Of a DNA stretch of 35,885 nt, positions 1 to 7,558 are shown piece by piece (positions within the stretch are counted from its first letter, which is position 1; each line of letters starts with the position of its first letter). The translations under genes and the position numbers were made by a program. The DNA comes from Gammaproteobacteria bacterium (GTDB lineage Bacteria > Pseudomonadota > Gammaproteobacteria > GCA-001735895). The notes under the pieces are model-generated. The model saw only the letters and a program-made list of their open reading frames with translations, did not search any database and was not told where the DNA came from. The stretch covers positions 1 to 35,885 of the forward strand of contig JBNKUM010000035.1 in the NCBI GenBank assembly GCA_050298595.1, given 5' to 3'.

Positions 1-4
1 AACA

Positions 5-33
5 TTGACAACTAAAATCAAAAGTCGTAGTTT
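5..33 (+). promoter_or_regulatory. sigma70-type promoter of the truncated transposase copy
   Basis: TTGACA (5-10), 17 bp, TAGTTT (28-33); AAGGAG RBS upstream of ATG at 66. Confidence 0.55.
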
Positions 34-65
34 TTATAACCTCAACAAAACGCAAGGAGCGCATT

Positions 66-167
66 ATGCCTAAAGCCAGGAAAACTCAGGTTTCTATCGA
101 AGCCACACCTTACTACCATTGTATTTCCCGCTGTGTCCGCCAGCTATTAACGGACAACCATAAATAA
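66..167 (+). pseudogene. truncated 5' fragment of a second Y1/RAYT-like transposase
   Basis: Translates MPKARKTQVSIEATPYYHCISRCVR then diverges (QLLTDNHK*); the first 25 codons closely match the N-terminus of 232..1242 (MPQARKTQIAIESTPYYHCTSRCVR). Confidence 0.85.
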
Positions 168-170
168 AAG

Positions 171-199
171 TTGACAATACAGCCCTTCTTTTCTATTTT
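171..199 (+). promoter_or_regulatory. sigma70-type promoter of the intact transposase
   Basis: TTGACA (171-176), 17 bp, TATTTT (194-199); AAGGAG RBS before ATG 232. Confidence 0.55.
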
Positions 200-231
200 C
201 AATGCATTCGTTAATCTCAAAGGAGTGAGTT

Positions 232-1242
232 ATGCCCCAAGCACGGAAAACCCAAATCGCTATCGAATCCACCCCGTATTACCACTGTACCTCGCGCTGT
301 GTCCGTCGAGCCTTTCTCTGTGGGCAGGATGCGAGTAGCGGTCAGGACTATGAACACCGTAGAGGCTGGATTGAGGAGCGTATCCTTAAGCTCGCGACGA
401 TCTTTTCTATCGATGTTGCAGCCTATGCTGTGCTGTCCAATCACTATCATGTGGTTTTACACATAGACCGAGATCAGGCTAGGCATTGGTCTGATAAAGA
501 AATCTGTCGTCGCTGGCTAAAATTATTTTCTGGACAGGCATTAGCTTCACGCTTTGTTAAAGGTGAAGGGCTAGATAGCGCAGAACAACAACGTCTTTCA
601 GAGCTGATCCTGATCTGGCAGCAACGCTTGATGGATATCAGTTGGTTTATGCGCTGCTTAAATGAGTACATAGCCAGAGAGGCGAATAAGGAAGATGAAG
701 TCACCGGCCGTTTCTGGGAAGGCCGATTCAAATCCCAGGCGCTGCTGGATGAAAAGGCGCTAATCGCCTGTATGGCCTACGTCGACCTCAATCCTGTTCG
801 GGCTAAAATGGCCGATACCCCGGAGACTTCAGACCATACCGCCATTAAACACCGTATCAGGCATCTTCAGGATAAGCCTTCACAAAACCCCAACCGAATA
901 GATCAACAACCTGAAGCTCTATTACCCTTTATCGGATACCCAAGAAAGGGTCAGCCGGAAAAGGGATTACCCTTTCGTTACACCGATTATCTGGAACTGA
1001 TCGACTGGACGGGCAGAATCCTGCGTGAAGACAAGCGCGGTGCAATACCAGAAGACAAGCCAGATATACTAGTTCGCCTGAACCTTGATGCAAAGCACTG
1101 GGCTTACCTTGCTCAAGACTTTGAAAGCCCTTTCAAATCATTGGTAGGCACTGCCTACAAGATACGCCAGGCCTGTAAAGAGACAGGGCGTTGCTGGGCA
1201 CATGGTATCAGACGCTGCGCTGATGTCTTTCCGGAGACTTAG
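232..1242 (+). CDS. Y1 HUH transposase (IS200-like / REP-associated tyrosine transposase family)
   Basis: YYHCTSRCVRR N-terminus, HUH motif (VLSNHYHVV), GRFWEGRFKS, catalytic Tyr motif YVDLNPVRA. Confidence 0.9.
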   Translation: MPQARKTQIAIESTPYYHCTSRCVRRAFLCGQDASSGQDYEHRRGWIEERILKLATIFSIDVAAYAVLSNHYHVVLHIDRDQARHWSDKEICRRWLKLFSGQALASRFVKGEGLDSAEQQRLSELILIWQQRLMDISWFMRCLNEYIAREANKEDEVTGRFWEGRFKSQALLDEKALIACMAYVDLNPVRAKMADTPETSDHTAIKHRIRHLQDKPSQNPNRIDQQPEALLPFIGYPRKGQPEKGLPFRYTDYLELIDWTGRILREDKRGAIPEDKPDILVRLNLDAKHWAYLAQDFESPFKSLVGTAYKIRQACKETGRCWAHGIRRCADVFPET

Positions 1243-1428
1243 CCAGCCCCTCTCTCCCAACAATTCAAAATTCCACACTTCGGCATCCGCTCAACGGGCA
1301 ATTATGCTTTGGATTTAGCTGAGCAGATAGTGTTCGGCGAAATCATCGACATTAATCTAGATCTAAATGACTTCCTATTAAATCATTGTGCAAAACTTAA
1401 AATGGCTCGGTTACTTTGACCCTATTTT

Positions 1429-1496
1429 AAAAAGCTGGGTAAAAAGCTGGGTGTCTTTTATATTTTTATATTTTTTAGGGTGTCTTTTATATTTTT
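1429..1496 (+). repeat. short duplications at the transposase element 3' end
   Basis: AAAAAGCTGGGT x2 (1429-1452); GGGTGTCTTTTATATTTTT x2 (1449-1467, 1478-1496). Confidence 0.8.
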
Positions 1497-1510
1497 TACT
1501 CACTTGAACG

Positions 1511-1582
1511 CCATAACGACTAAGCTCAGCCGACACGAAACCGCGCAGCGGTTGAGCGGTCGGCTGGAGCGCCTTGTTGGGC
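1511..1582 (-). repeat. attC site (cassette L4)
   Basis: Minus strand GCCCAAC ... GTTATGG, 72 bp imperfect palindrome (CAGCCGAC/GTCGGCTG). Confidence 0.9.
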
Positions 1583-1586
1583 GACA

Positions 1587-1988
1587 CTACATACAGAAGC
1601 CCGAATACACATATTCTCCGCTACTCGTATAGGTAAATGGTTTCTTCAACCATTTGCGATGATTTGCGACGTACAAATAGCCTACGGCTACATATGGGCC
1701 ATGGCTTTTTGAGACTACATAGTATGAATTGCTATCAGGCTCGTTAATAACTTCGACGGTTTTACTTGGCCTATTGTTGATGAAATAACCGCCCCTTATT
1801 TCCCCGCTTTTTCGTTCGACCGAGAACGTCGAACCAATCTGCTTTTTCAAGTGTCCTGTTTCTGTGACGAGTTCTCCATCCTCGGAGACAGCATGTACAG
1901 ATGTCACAGTGCACTCAAAGCTGTCAACGCCAGCGAAGCTTAGGCTGGGGAGTAGAGATAGCACTATCGTGATTATTGAATATCTCAT
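1587..1988 (-). CDS. secreted hypothetical protein (cassette L4)
   Basis: Start moved to ATG at 1988 (MRYSIITIVLSLLPSLSFA signal peptide, AAGGA RBS); the track start at 2009 lies inside the attC. Confidence 0.8.
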   Translation of the reverse strand: MRYSIITIVLSLLPSLSFAGVDSFECTVTSVHAVSEDGELVTETGHLKKQIGSTFSVERKSGEIRGGYFINNRPSKTVEVINEPDSNSYYVVSKSHGPYVAVGYLYVANHRKWLKKPFTYTSSGEYVYSGFCM

Positions 1989-2003
1989 TTCCTTTCCTTT
2001 GAC

Positions 2004-2108
2004 GCCCAACGCCTAGCATCAGCCGACCATTGTAGCGGTGTGAGGCTTGTGGCATCAGCCACAAACGAAACGCCGCGGAAATGGGTCGGCTGAATGCAAT
2101 TGTTAGGA
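2004..2108 (-). repeat. attC site (cassette L3)
   Basis: Minus strand TCCTAAC ... GTTGGGC, 105 bp, stems CAGCCGACC/GGTCGGCTG and TTGTGGC/GCCACAA. Confidence 0.92.
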
Positions 2109-2115
2109 GCGAATT

Positions 2116-2982
2116 TCACTCCTGACCTTCCTGTAACATTCTTCTGCCTTCTTCTGTCTTGGCTAGCTCTTTAATAGCATCATTAAACTTGCTTTTCTCT
2201 CTTATATGCATCAGCACGGCGCGTCCAAAGTGTGTAATTCTATAACTAGCCACTCCATTCTGTGGCCCTTTCAATAACTCAGGTGTAATTTCCTTGAATA
2301 TCGTTTCAAACATACCCAGCCCTAGAAGCCTGTTAATAGCTGTAACTCTTTCTGTGTTACCCAATACTTCTCCCATAGTACGAGTGCTAGGATGGGGAAT
2401 ATCTCTAATCGATTCTTGAAGTAAATAATACATAGTGACATCAACTGACCTTGACGCATTTTCTACGGAAATACGCCTTCTATCATCAATTGATTTGAGT
2501 GCATTTAACATAAGGCCAACCACTTTCTCAATTGCCCCTTCAATATCATCTGGGTTGTATTTATGTACCCTGACTCCTGATATGTCGAAATCTAATATAT
2601 CGTTATCTGATCTGAGCAATATTACTTCTTCTGGAAGCCTACACGCATGAGCTAAACCTACCTCATACAGTACGTTTGCATTTCTAATTGGTTTATTTGT
2701 TTTTCCGTCAATTGGCAAATATCCGAACGTAGATACATCAGCTATAACTAATCTAGATTCCGAAATATTCTTAACTATTTCTGTAATGAGAGAGTCATTT
2801 TTATTTTCCAAATCAACTCTGTGAGCCTCTAAAGGCTCATTATTTACCAATACTTTAAGAGCGGCCGGGTATATTACTTTTTCCCACCGATCATTAAATT
2901 TCGGATCAAAGCTCATCGCCACAAAAACCATATTGGTCTTTGGGAATGGGGGAAATAAATTCATTAATTCCGCTGGATACAT
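2116..2982 (-). CDS. nucleoside 2-deoxyribosyltransferase-like / TIR-related protein with C-terminal extension (cassette L3)
   Basis: FVAMSF ... HRVD ... IVKNISESRLVIADVS ... NANVLYEVGLAHA motif pattern. Confidence 0.7.
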   Translation of the reverse strand: MYPAELMNLFPPFPKTNMVFVAMSFDPKFNDRWEKVIYPAALKVLVNNEPLEAHRVDLENKNDSLITEIVKNISESRLVIADVSTFGYLPIDGKTNKPIRNANVLYEVGLAHACRLPEEVILLRSDNDILDFDISGVRVHKYNPDDIEGAIEKVVGLMLNALKSIDDRRRISVENASRSVDVTMYYLLQESIRDIPHPSTRTMGEVLGNTERVTAINRLLGLGMFETIFKEITPELLKGPQNGVASYRITHFGRAVLMHIREKSKFNDAIKELAKTEEGRRMLQEGQE

Positions 2983-2998
2983 AAAAACTCTCTTTTGC

Positions 2999-3085
2999 TC
3001 CTAACGCCCTGCATCACTGGGAAATTTAAGCTGCGCAACGAAGTGGAGCTGCTTAAATTTATCTATGTGAATGCGATTGTTAGGC
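2999..3085 (-). repeat. attC site (cassette L2)
   Basis: Minus strand GCCTAAC ... GTTAGGA, 87 bp, stem AAATTTAAGC/GCTTAAATTT. Confidence 0.9.
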
Positions 3086-3086
3086 A

Positions 3087-3569
3087 TTATCCATTTATAA
3101 AGGTTGCTTTCACTCTTTTTGATACGAGCATATATGGAACCCAAACAACAACCATAAATAGTGAGCGCATTAGTTCCTTGATGGTGTCCGGATCAAACAC
3201 TGGTTCATTTGGAAGAACCAATTTAAAAGCAAAGGCATCAGCAACAATAAATATTAAACTAAAGACCGCTAGTCCAATATACCATTTCGGAAAAACCAGT
3301 TTCTTTGAGAAAAACAAATATGCCATATATAGCCAAGCTATTAGTACTCCAATATTAATTATTATTTCACCGATAATAAATGGCCCCCATAGCGGGTTAT
3401 AAGCTTCACTTCCTTGAGTTGTTAAAACCTCCCATGCGCCTGTTGAAAATATTTCAGGGTAAGTTGTCATCATCAGCATCACTAATCTGATAGGTGTAAC
3501 AACAATTCCGATAGCAACTACAATTAACCAGCCGCCGATTCCTTCGAGGTTTTTTTCTTCATTCTCCAT
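3087..3569 (-). CDS. DUF2569 (YdgK-like) membrane protein (cassette L2)
   Basis: GIGGWLIVVAIG N-terminus, four hydrophobic segments, WVPYMLVSKRVKATF C-terminal motif. Confidence 0.8.
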   Translation of the reverse strand: MENEEKNLEGIGGWLIVVAIGIVVTPIRLVMLMMTTYPEIFSTGAWEVLTTQGSEAYNPLWGPFIIGEIIINIGVLIAWLYMAYLFFSKKLVFPKWYIGLAVFSLIFIVADAFAFKLVLPNEPVFDPDTIKELMRSLFMVVVWVPYMLVSKRVKATFING

Positions 3570-3585
3570 ATTTTTCTCCTTTTTT

Positions 3586-3663
3586 GCCTAACGCTGACAT
3601 AAGCGGCCGAGCGATAGCGAGGTCCGGCGACCGCAGGGAGCAAACTTAATGTTTTTGTTAGGC
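3586..3663 (-). repeat. attC site (cassette L1)
   Basis: Minus strand GCCTAAC (overlapping the L1 stop) ... GTTAGGC, 78 bp. Confidence 0.88.
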
Positions 3664-4062
3664 TTTAAGTTCTGCTTCAATAATTTTTCTAAACCTATCA
3701 TCTGCTATTCCAGGCATTGATGATCGACAAAAATCAATCGCATAAGTAATTGTGTCGAAATACTCGTCATTCTCAATTGGATAAAATAAGCCGCACAATA
3801 CAGCCTTCAATGCTTCACCTTGAGGTGTTCCTTTGTGGTTTTTTTCTAAGTCTTCAAATACCAATACTCTGATATTTACCAAATCATTTCCATCAGCTTC
3901 ACCTGATAGGTAGCGGTCAATTACGTCAATGGCATTCTGCCCCGATGGCGGCATTACATTTTTTATCAATTTACAGAATTCAACCACACAACTTAATACG
4001 TGTCGGCCTTTATTCTCGAACAACCTTGGCTCTACTTCTTCAATATAGTCTCTTAGATCCAT
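3658..4062 (-). CDS. hypothetical protein, possibly Imm5-like immunity protein (cassette L1)
   Basis: 134 aa ORF; the NAIDVIDRYLSGEADGNDL helical pattern is reminiscent of Imm5-like domains (weak assignment). Confidence 0.6.
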   Translation of the reverse strand: MDLRDYIEEVEPRLFENKGRHVLSCVVEFCKLIKNVMPPSGQNAIDVIDRYLSGEADGNDLVNIRVLVFEDLEKNHKGTPQGEALKAVLCGLFYPIENDEYFDTITYAIDFCRSSMPGIADDRFRKIIEAELKA

Positions 4063-4073
4063 TTCTTAATGAA

Positions 4074-4146
4074 GCCTAACAGCTGATTATATTACACGCA
4101 CGCATATTGACTTATATTGCACGCACGTATATTGACTTATGTTGCA
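4074..4146 (-). repeat. attI-like site, left array (25-bp direct repeats + GTTAGGC core)
   Basis: Plus strand TTATATTACACGCACGCATATTGAC (4087-4111), TTATATTGCACGCACGTATATTGAC (4112-4136), TTATGTTGCA (4137-4146); the minus-strand core GTTAGGC at 4080-4074 matches the GCCTAAC of the first attC. Confidence 0.8.
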
Positions 4147-4290
4147 TTATAATCTCATTCATAGGTAAATTAATCAATGACCGCTCCATTGGCACACCAG
4201 AGACCTTCACTCTTCAATCTTGAACGACCGCTTCCAGGAAGGGCTGTTCACATCCTGAGCCTCAATGAGTAGTCGTTCCTGAACCAACAT

Positions 4291-5409
4291 TTAGCTGATT
4301 TCAGCAACTAAAAGTCGAGCAAAGGTCTGTAGATTAACAATCTCTTGTAATTTGAACCCACCATTTACTAGTAATTTACGCCATTCGCTTTCTGTGCGTT
4401 CACGTCCTCTCGTACCAATTAGCATTTGCATATCAAAACTGGCAACAGATGGATTAATATTTTGCTCTTCGGCAACAGTATCTATAATCGCAATGGTCGG
4501 TTTATTGGAACGGCATGCTGTACGCAAGTTTCTGAGTACCTGTTCTGCTTGTGTGTCACTCATGGCATGGAAAATGGCAATAAAAAGGTAAATATCATGT
4601 GAGGATTGTGAATCAGGTATAGATTCAAACATATCGCCACTACTGAAGGTGACCCGTGAGAGCAAATCATCTTCTTCTTTTCCTCGCCAATAATCGACTG
4701 CTTTTTCTATCACCTGTGGGCGATCAAATACAACTGCCTTGAGGTTCGGCTGTTGCTTAAGGATAGCTAAAGTTTTCTTGCCATTGGATCCACCAACATC
4801 GATAAGACGGTCAAATCGACTCCAATCGAAATCATTCAGATAGTCTACACCTGTCAGGGCTTCCACCGATTCCATAGCACCCGTAAATAACGCATCGAAG
4901 TGAGGGTGATTATCCATATAATCAAATAGTTCTGCTCCATGGCTTTGTACAAAGGGTACTTCTCCATTACGTAAAGCTGGACCTAGCGATTCAAACCATG
5001 GACGACTCATCTCGGGTGAGTTGTGGAGTAAAATCATATCTCGAACACTTTGCGGATGTTCTTTTTTAAGGCAGTTAGAAAGTTTATTGTTTTGAAAACA
5101 CCGCTCTGATAATTCTTCGAAAACACCAATTGATGCAAGCATACGTAACAATCTGTAAAGGTAATCAGCGTTCAGATTAAGTAGCTCTGCTATATGCTGA
5201 CTCGATTTTTTCTCATCATCAATTATATCTGCTATACCCAATTCGGCTGCTACATAAAGTGCGCGCGATTGCCAAAATGCACTACCTAACTGAATGACTC
5301 TGAATGGAGGGGGCACAAGCTTGTTGGGTAACATGGATAGCCAGTTCCCAAATTTCATGGCTCTTTGAAACAACTTAACCTTTAAAGTATTTCGTTGCAG
5401 TCGACTCAT
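4291..5409 (-). CDS. SAM-dependent O-methyltransferase (methyltransf_2 with dimerisation domain)
   Basis: SRALYVAAELGIAD, LYRLLRMLASIGVF, LIDVGGSNG, GDMF, GRERTESEW motifs. Confidence 0.92.
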   Translation of the reverse strand: MSRLQRNTLKVKLFQRAMKFGNWLSMLPNKLVPPPFRVIQLGSAFWQSRALYVAAELGIADIIDDEKKSSQHIAELLNLNADYLYRLLRMLASIGVFEELSERCFQNNKLSNCLKKEHPQSVRDMILLHNSPEMSRPWFESLGPALRNGEVPFVQSHGAELFDYMDNHPHFDALFTGAMESVEALTGVDYLNDFDWSRFDRLIDVGGSNGKKTLAILKQQPNLKAVVFDRPQVIEKAVDYWRGKEEDDLLSRVTFSSGDMFESIPDSQSSHDIYLFIAIFHAMSDTQAEQVLRNLRTACRSNKPTIAIIDTVAEEQNINPSVASFDMQMLIGTRGRERTESEWRKLLVNGGFKLQEIVNLQTFARLLVAEIS

Positions 5410-5410
5410 A

Positions 5411-6031
5411 TTATTTTTCCTGCGGATTCGCGCTCAATCCTATACTCAAAAGATGTCCATTGAACTTGGCTAATTGTTCAAGTAGATTTTCATCCATCTC
5501 CCGTCCTAGCTCTTCTTCAAACACTTGTTTAATCAGCATGGGCATCATGGCAAGACTAACAAAAGCGATTCTTACAATGTCTGCATCAATACCTTTGTCC
5601 ACTAATCCATGTTGTTTTAACAGTTCAATTTTCTCTCGACCACGTTGTCTACCTCGCTCCAATAGCTGGTTGATAAAGCGTTTCCCAGGCCCTTGATTGA
5701 GCGCTAAAATTTTTAGTATTAAAGTAGGAAATTTCGGGTTTGTGCTCATAGCGCGATAATAAATGCGGAAATAGGCTGTAAACCCTTCGGTGGAAGATAG
5801 CAAATCACTTTCCAGAACGTCGATTAAAGGCTGCAAGGTGCTTCGAATCATTTCCTCATACAGACCTTCCTTGTTACCAAAATAGTAACGGATCATTGAC
5901 ACATTTGTGTTGGCTGCTTCAGCGATCTTACGTGTGGTGACGTGATGGTAATCATCATTTAGAAAATACTGCATTGAAGCATCAATGAGTCTTTGCTGTA
6001 CAGCTATATCATTATTGCTATGTTCTTTCAT
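5411..6031 (-). CDS. TetR/AcrR family transcriptional regulator
   Basis: VTTRKIAEAANTNVSMIRYYFGNKEGL HTH; ends 1 bp before the O-methyltransferase start. Confidence 0.92.
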   Translation of the reverse strand: MKEHSNNDIAVQQRLIDASMQYFLNDDYHHVTTRKIAEAANTNVSMIRYYFGNKEGLYEEMIRSTLQPLIDVLESDLLSSTEGFTAYFRIYYRAMSTNPKFPTLILKILALNQGPGKRFINQLLERGRQRGREKIELLKQHGLVDKGIDADIVRIAFVSLAMMPMLIKQVFEEELGREMDENLLEQLAKFNGHLLSIGLSANPQEK

Positions 6032-6474
6032 ATAGAGAGATTAGCAGCCATCTGAAAATGGTAATAGAAATTTTATTAATCAATATCTGTATTTTGATTG
6101 AACCTGGATTTTGCAGTTGACCTTTAATTTCTGACGAAATGTAATGACAGGATTGAATCAATTATTGAATTTTCTATTTACCCATGGGATTACCGCAAAT
6201 CTATGTTCAACCTCGAATTCGAGGATCATCAGAAATACGTTAATTACAGCTGAATTTGGGTATTTTAGTTTTCCCAATCCCCGAATTGTGTCGAATAAAG
6301 CGTTAAAATTTGATGAAACCAGTAATACTGGAGCAGTTTTTTAATCGCACATTAAGTTTTAAGTATTCTCGACAGTCGCTCCGGTAGAAGGTTACCAACA
6401 CCCTACAGTGCAAGTATTAAAATTTTTTCCTGTCCCTGGTGTTATCTATTAAATGATCGAGTATCTCGGTCAAT

Positions 6475-6765
6475 TTATGTAGTTCCGCCCGTGATAAAAC
6501 TGAGAATTTCCTCTTCCTGTTCCAATAGCTGCTGTATGCTGCGATGTAAATTACCCAGAACGATGTGCTGATTAAATTGAACATATCCTTCTGAAAATGC
6601 GATAAGGCGGTTGTTTTTAACCAGGAATGTTCCATTGGTAGAATTCAAATCCTGCAGATATATACCATTTTTGCTCACGTGAATAGACGCATGATTTCTG
6701 CTTACAGTTGGGTCATCAAGTACTATATCTCCTTGCCTTCCAATCACTAAAAATCGTCCGGGCAT
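6475..6765 (-). CDS. stand-alone FHA domain protein
   Basis: IGR, VSRNHA, DLNSTNGTF conserved FHA motifs. Confidence 0.88.
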   Translation of the reverse strand: MPGRFLVIGRQGDIVLDDPTVSRNHASIHVSKNGIYLQDLNSTNGTFLVKNNRLIAFSEGYVQFNQHIVLGNLHRSIQQLLEQEEEILSFITGGTT

Positions 6766-6933
6766 CTTTAATTTCCAATTTTCTGTGAGTTTTTTCAGGT
6801 GTTCGGAACATATCAGGTTTATCGATTACCCCCCCCACTCAGAATCCATACGTCGGATTTCGAGGCAACCTTGCTCCTGGCGTCCCTGCCTGGAGGCTCT
6901 TGTATGGCATACGTTTCCAGAACCACATCCTGG

Positions 6934-6997
6934 ATACTACGCTCAATGGTTAGGCATATCGGTGAATGGGACACACTGGATTTGTGCGATATTCACA
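6934..6997 (-). promoter_or_regulatory. activator-dependent promoter, copy 1 (tandem TGTGA-type boxes)
   Basis: Minus strand TGTGAATATCGCACA, 7 bp, TGTGTCCCATTCAC, 22 bp, TAGTAT (-10). Confidence 0.65.
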
Positions 6998-7339
6998 TTT
7001 TTATCAGGGAGGTACTGACTGATTAACTTTTCACAATCGAATTTTTCTCTCGCAATTATCCATCTCAATCGACTGCTTGTTGCTATATTCCAAACGCATT
7101 CGTTCTAAATCCCCTGTTTTTTTCTGCCGTATTCAGTGCTTTTGGACACTGAATTGAACAATATCTAAAACGTTTAGTTTATTTGATAAGGTTGGACATG
7201 TTTTTCAATAAAAGGTTGAAGGTGACAATCTATAAGCAGGAAAGTGCCATTGGTTTAGTTCAGTTCACGAAGATAGATAGCTCTCTCCATGCTATTGATC
7301 ATATTGAAAAATTTTCGATAATTTTTTTTGGCTAATTAT

Positions 7340-7422
7340 CTTTCAGATTTATTAACGTCCTTGTCCCAGGCATCCTGCCTGGTATCCCTGGCCAGGCAGG
7401 ATGCCCGGCTTCACTTCCTTGT
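7340..7422 (-). ncRNA. candidate CsrA/RsmA-binding small RNA or leader (GGA-rich); ends approximate
   Basis: Five GGA motifs; perfect 14-bp stem GGCATCCTGCCTGG/CCAGGCAGGATGCC (7369-7405) presenting AGGGA in the minus-strand loop; no ORF of 60 aa or more downstream before promoter copy 1. Confidence 0.45.
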
Positions 7423-7428
7423 GTGGTA

Positions 7429-7492
7429 ATAGTATGGAATATAGGTTGAAAGTTCAGTGAATGGGGTACAGCTTATTTGTGTGATATTCACA
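7429..7492 (-). promoter_or_regulatory. activator-dependent promoter, copy 2 (tandem TGTGA-type boxes)
   Basis: Minus strand TGTGAATATCACACA, 7 bp, TGTACCCCATTCAC, 22 bp, TACTAT (-10); same geometry as copy 1. Confidence 0.65.
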
Positions 7493-7558
7493 TATTTTTC
7501 AACAACTGGTTTTTAAAATCTGATAGTGAGTAGGGACTGATATCAGGGTATAGGGTGA

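Larger units (their letters stand above)
152..1456 (+). mobile_element. putative Y1 (IS200/RAYT-like) transposase element
   Basis: Transposase flanked by imperfect inverted motifs GGACAACCAT (152-161) and CTGGGTGTCT (1447-1456); the left motif lies just after the point where homology of the truncated copy ends. Confidence 0.5.
1511..4080 (-). mobile_element. left integron-type cassette array (4 cassettes, no adjacent intI)
   Basis: Four co-oriented single ORFs, each followed by an attC whose RYYYAAC box is complementary to the GTTRRRY that opens the same cassette. Confidence 0.92.

Noticed and set aside
4120-4147. dif/XerCD site (CACGCACGTAT-ATTGAC-TTATGTTGCAT)
   Set aside because: The right arm resembles the XerD arm TTATGTTAAAT, but the XerC arm is poor and the unit is a 25-bp tandem repeat abutting a cassette core; attI-like is the better explanation, although Xer involvement cannot be excluded.
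6144-7026. Short ORFs 6144..6344, 6417..6635, 6785..7018, 6799..7026
   Set aside because: No recognisable motifs; they overlap the FHA gene or regulatory region, or lie in AT-rich intergenic DNA.
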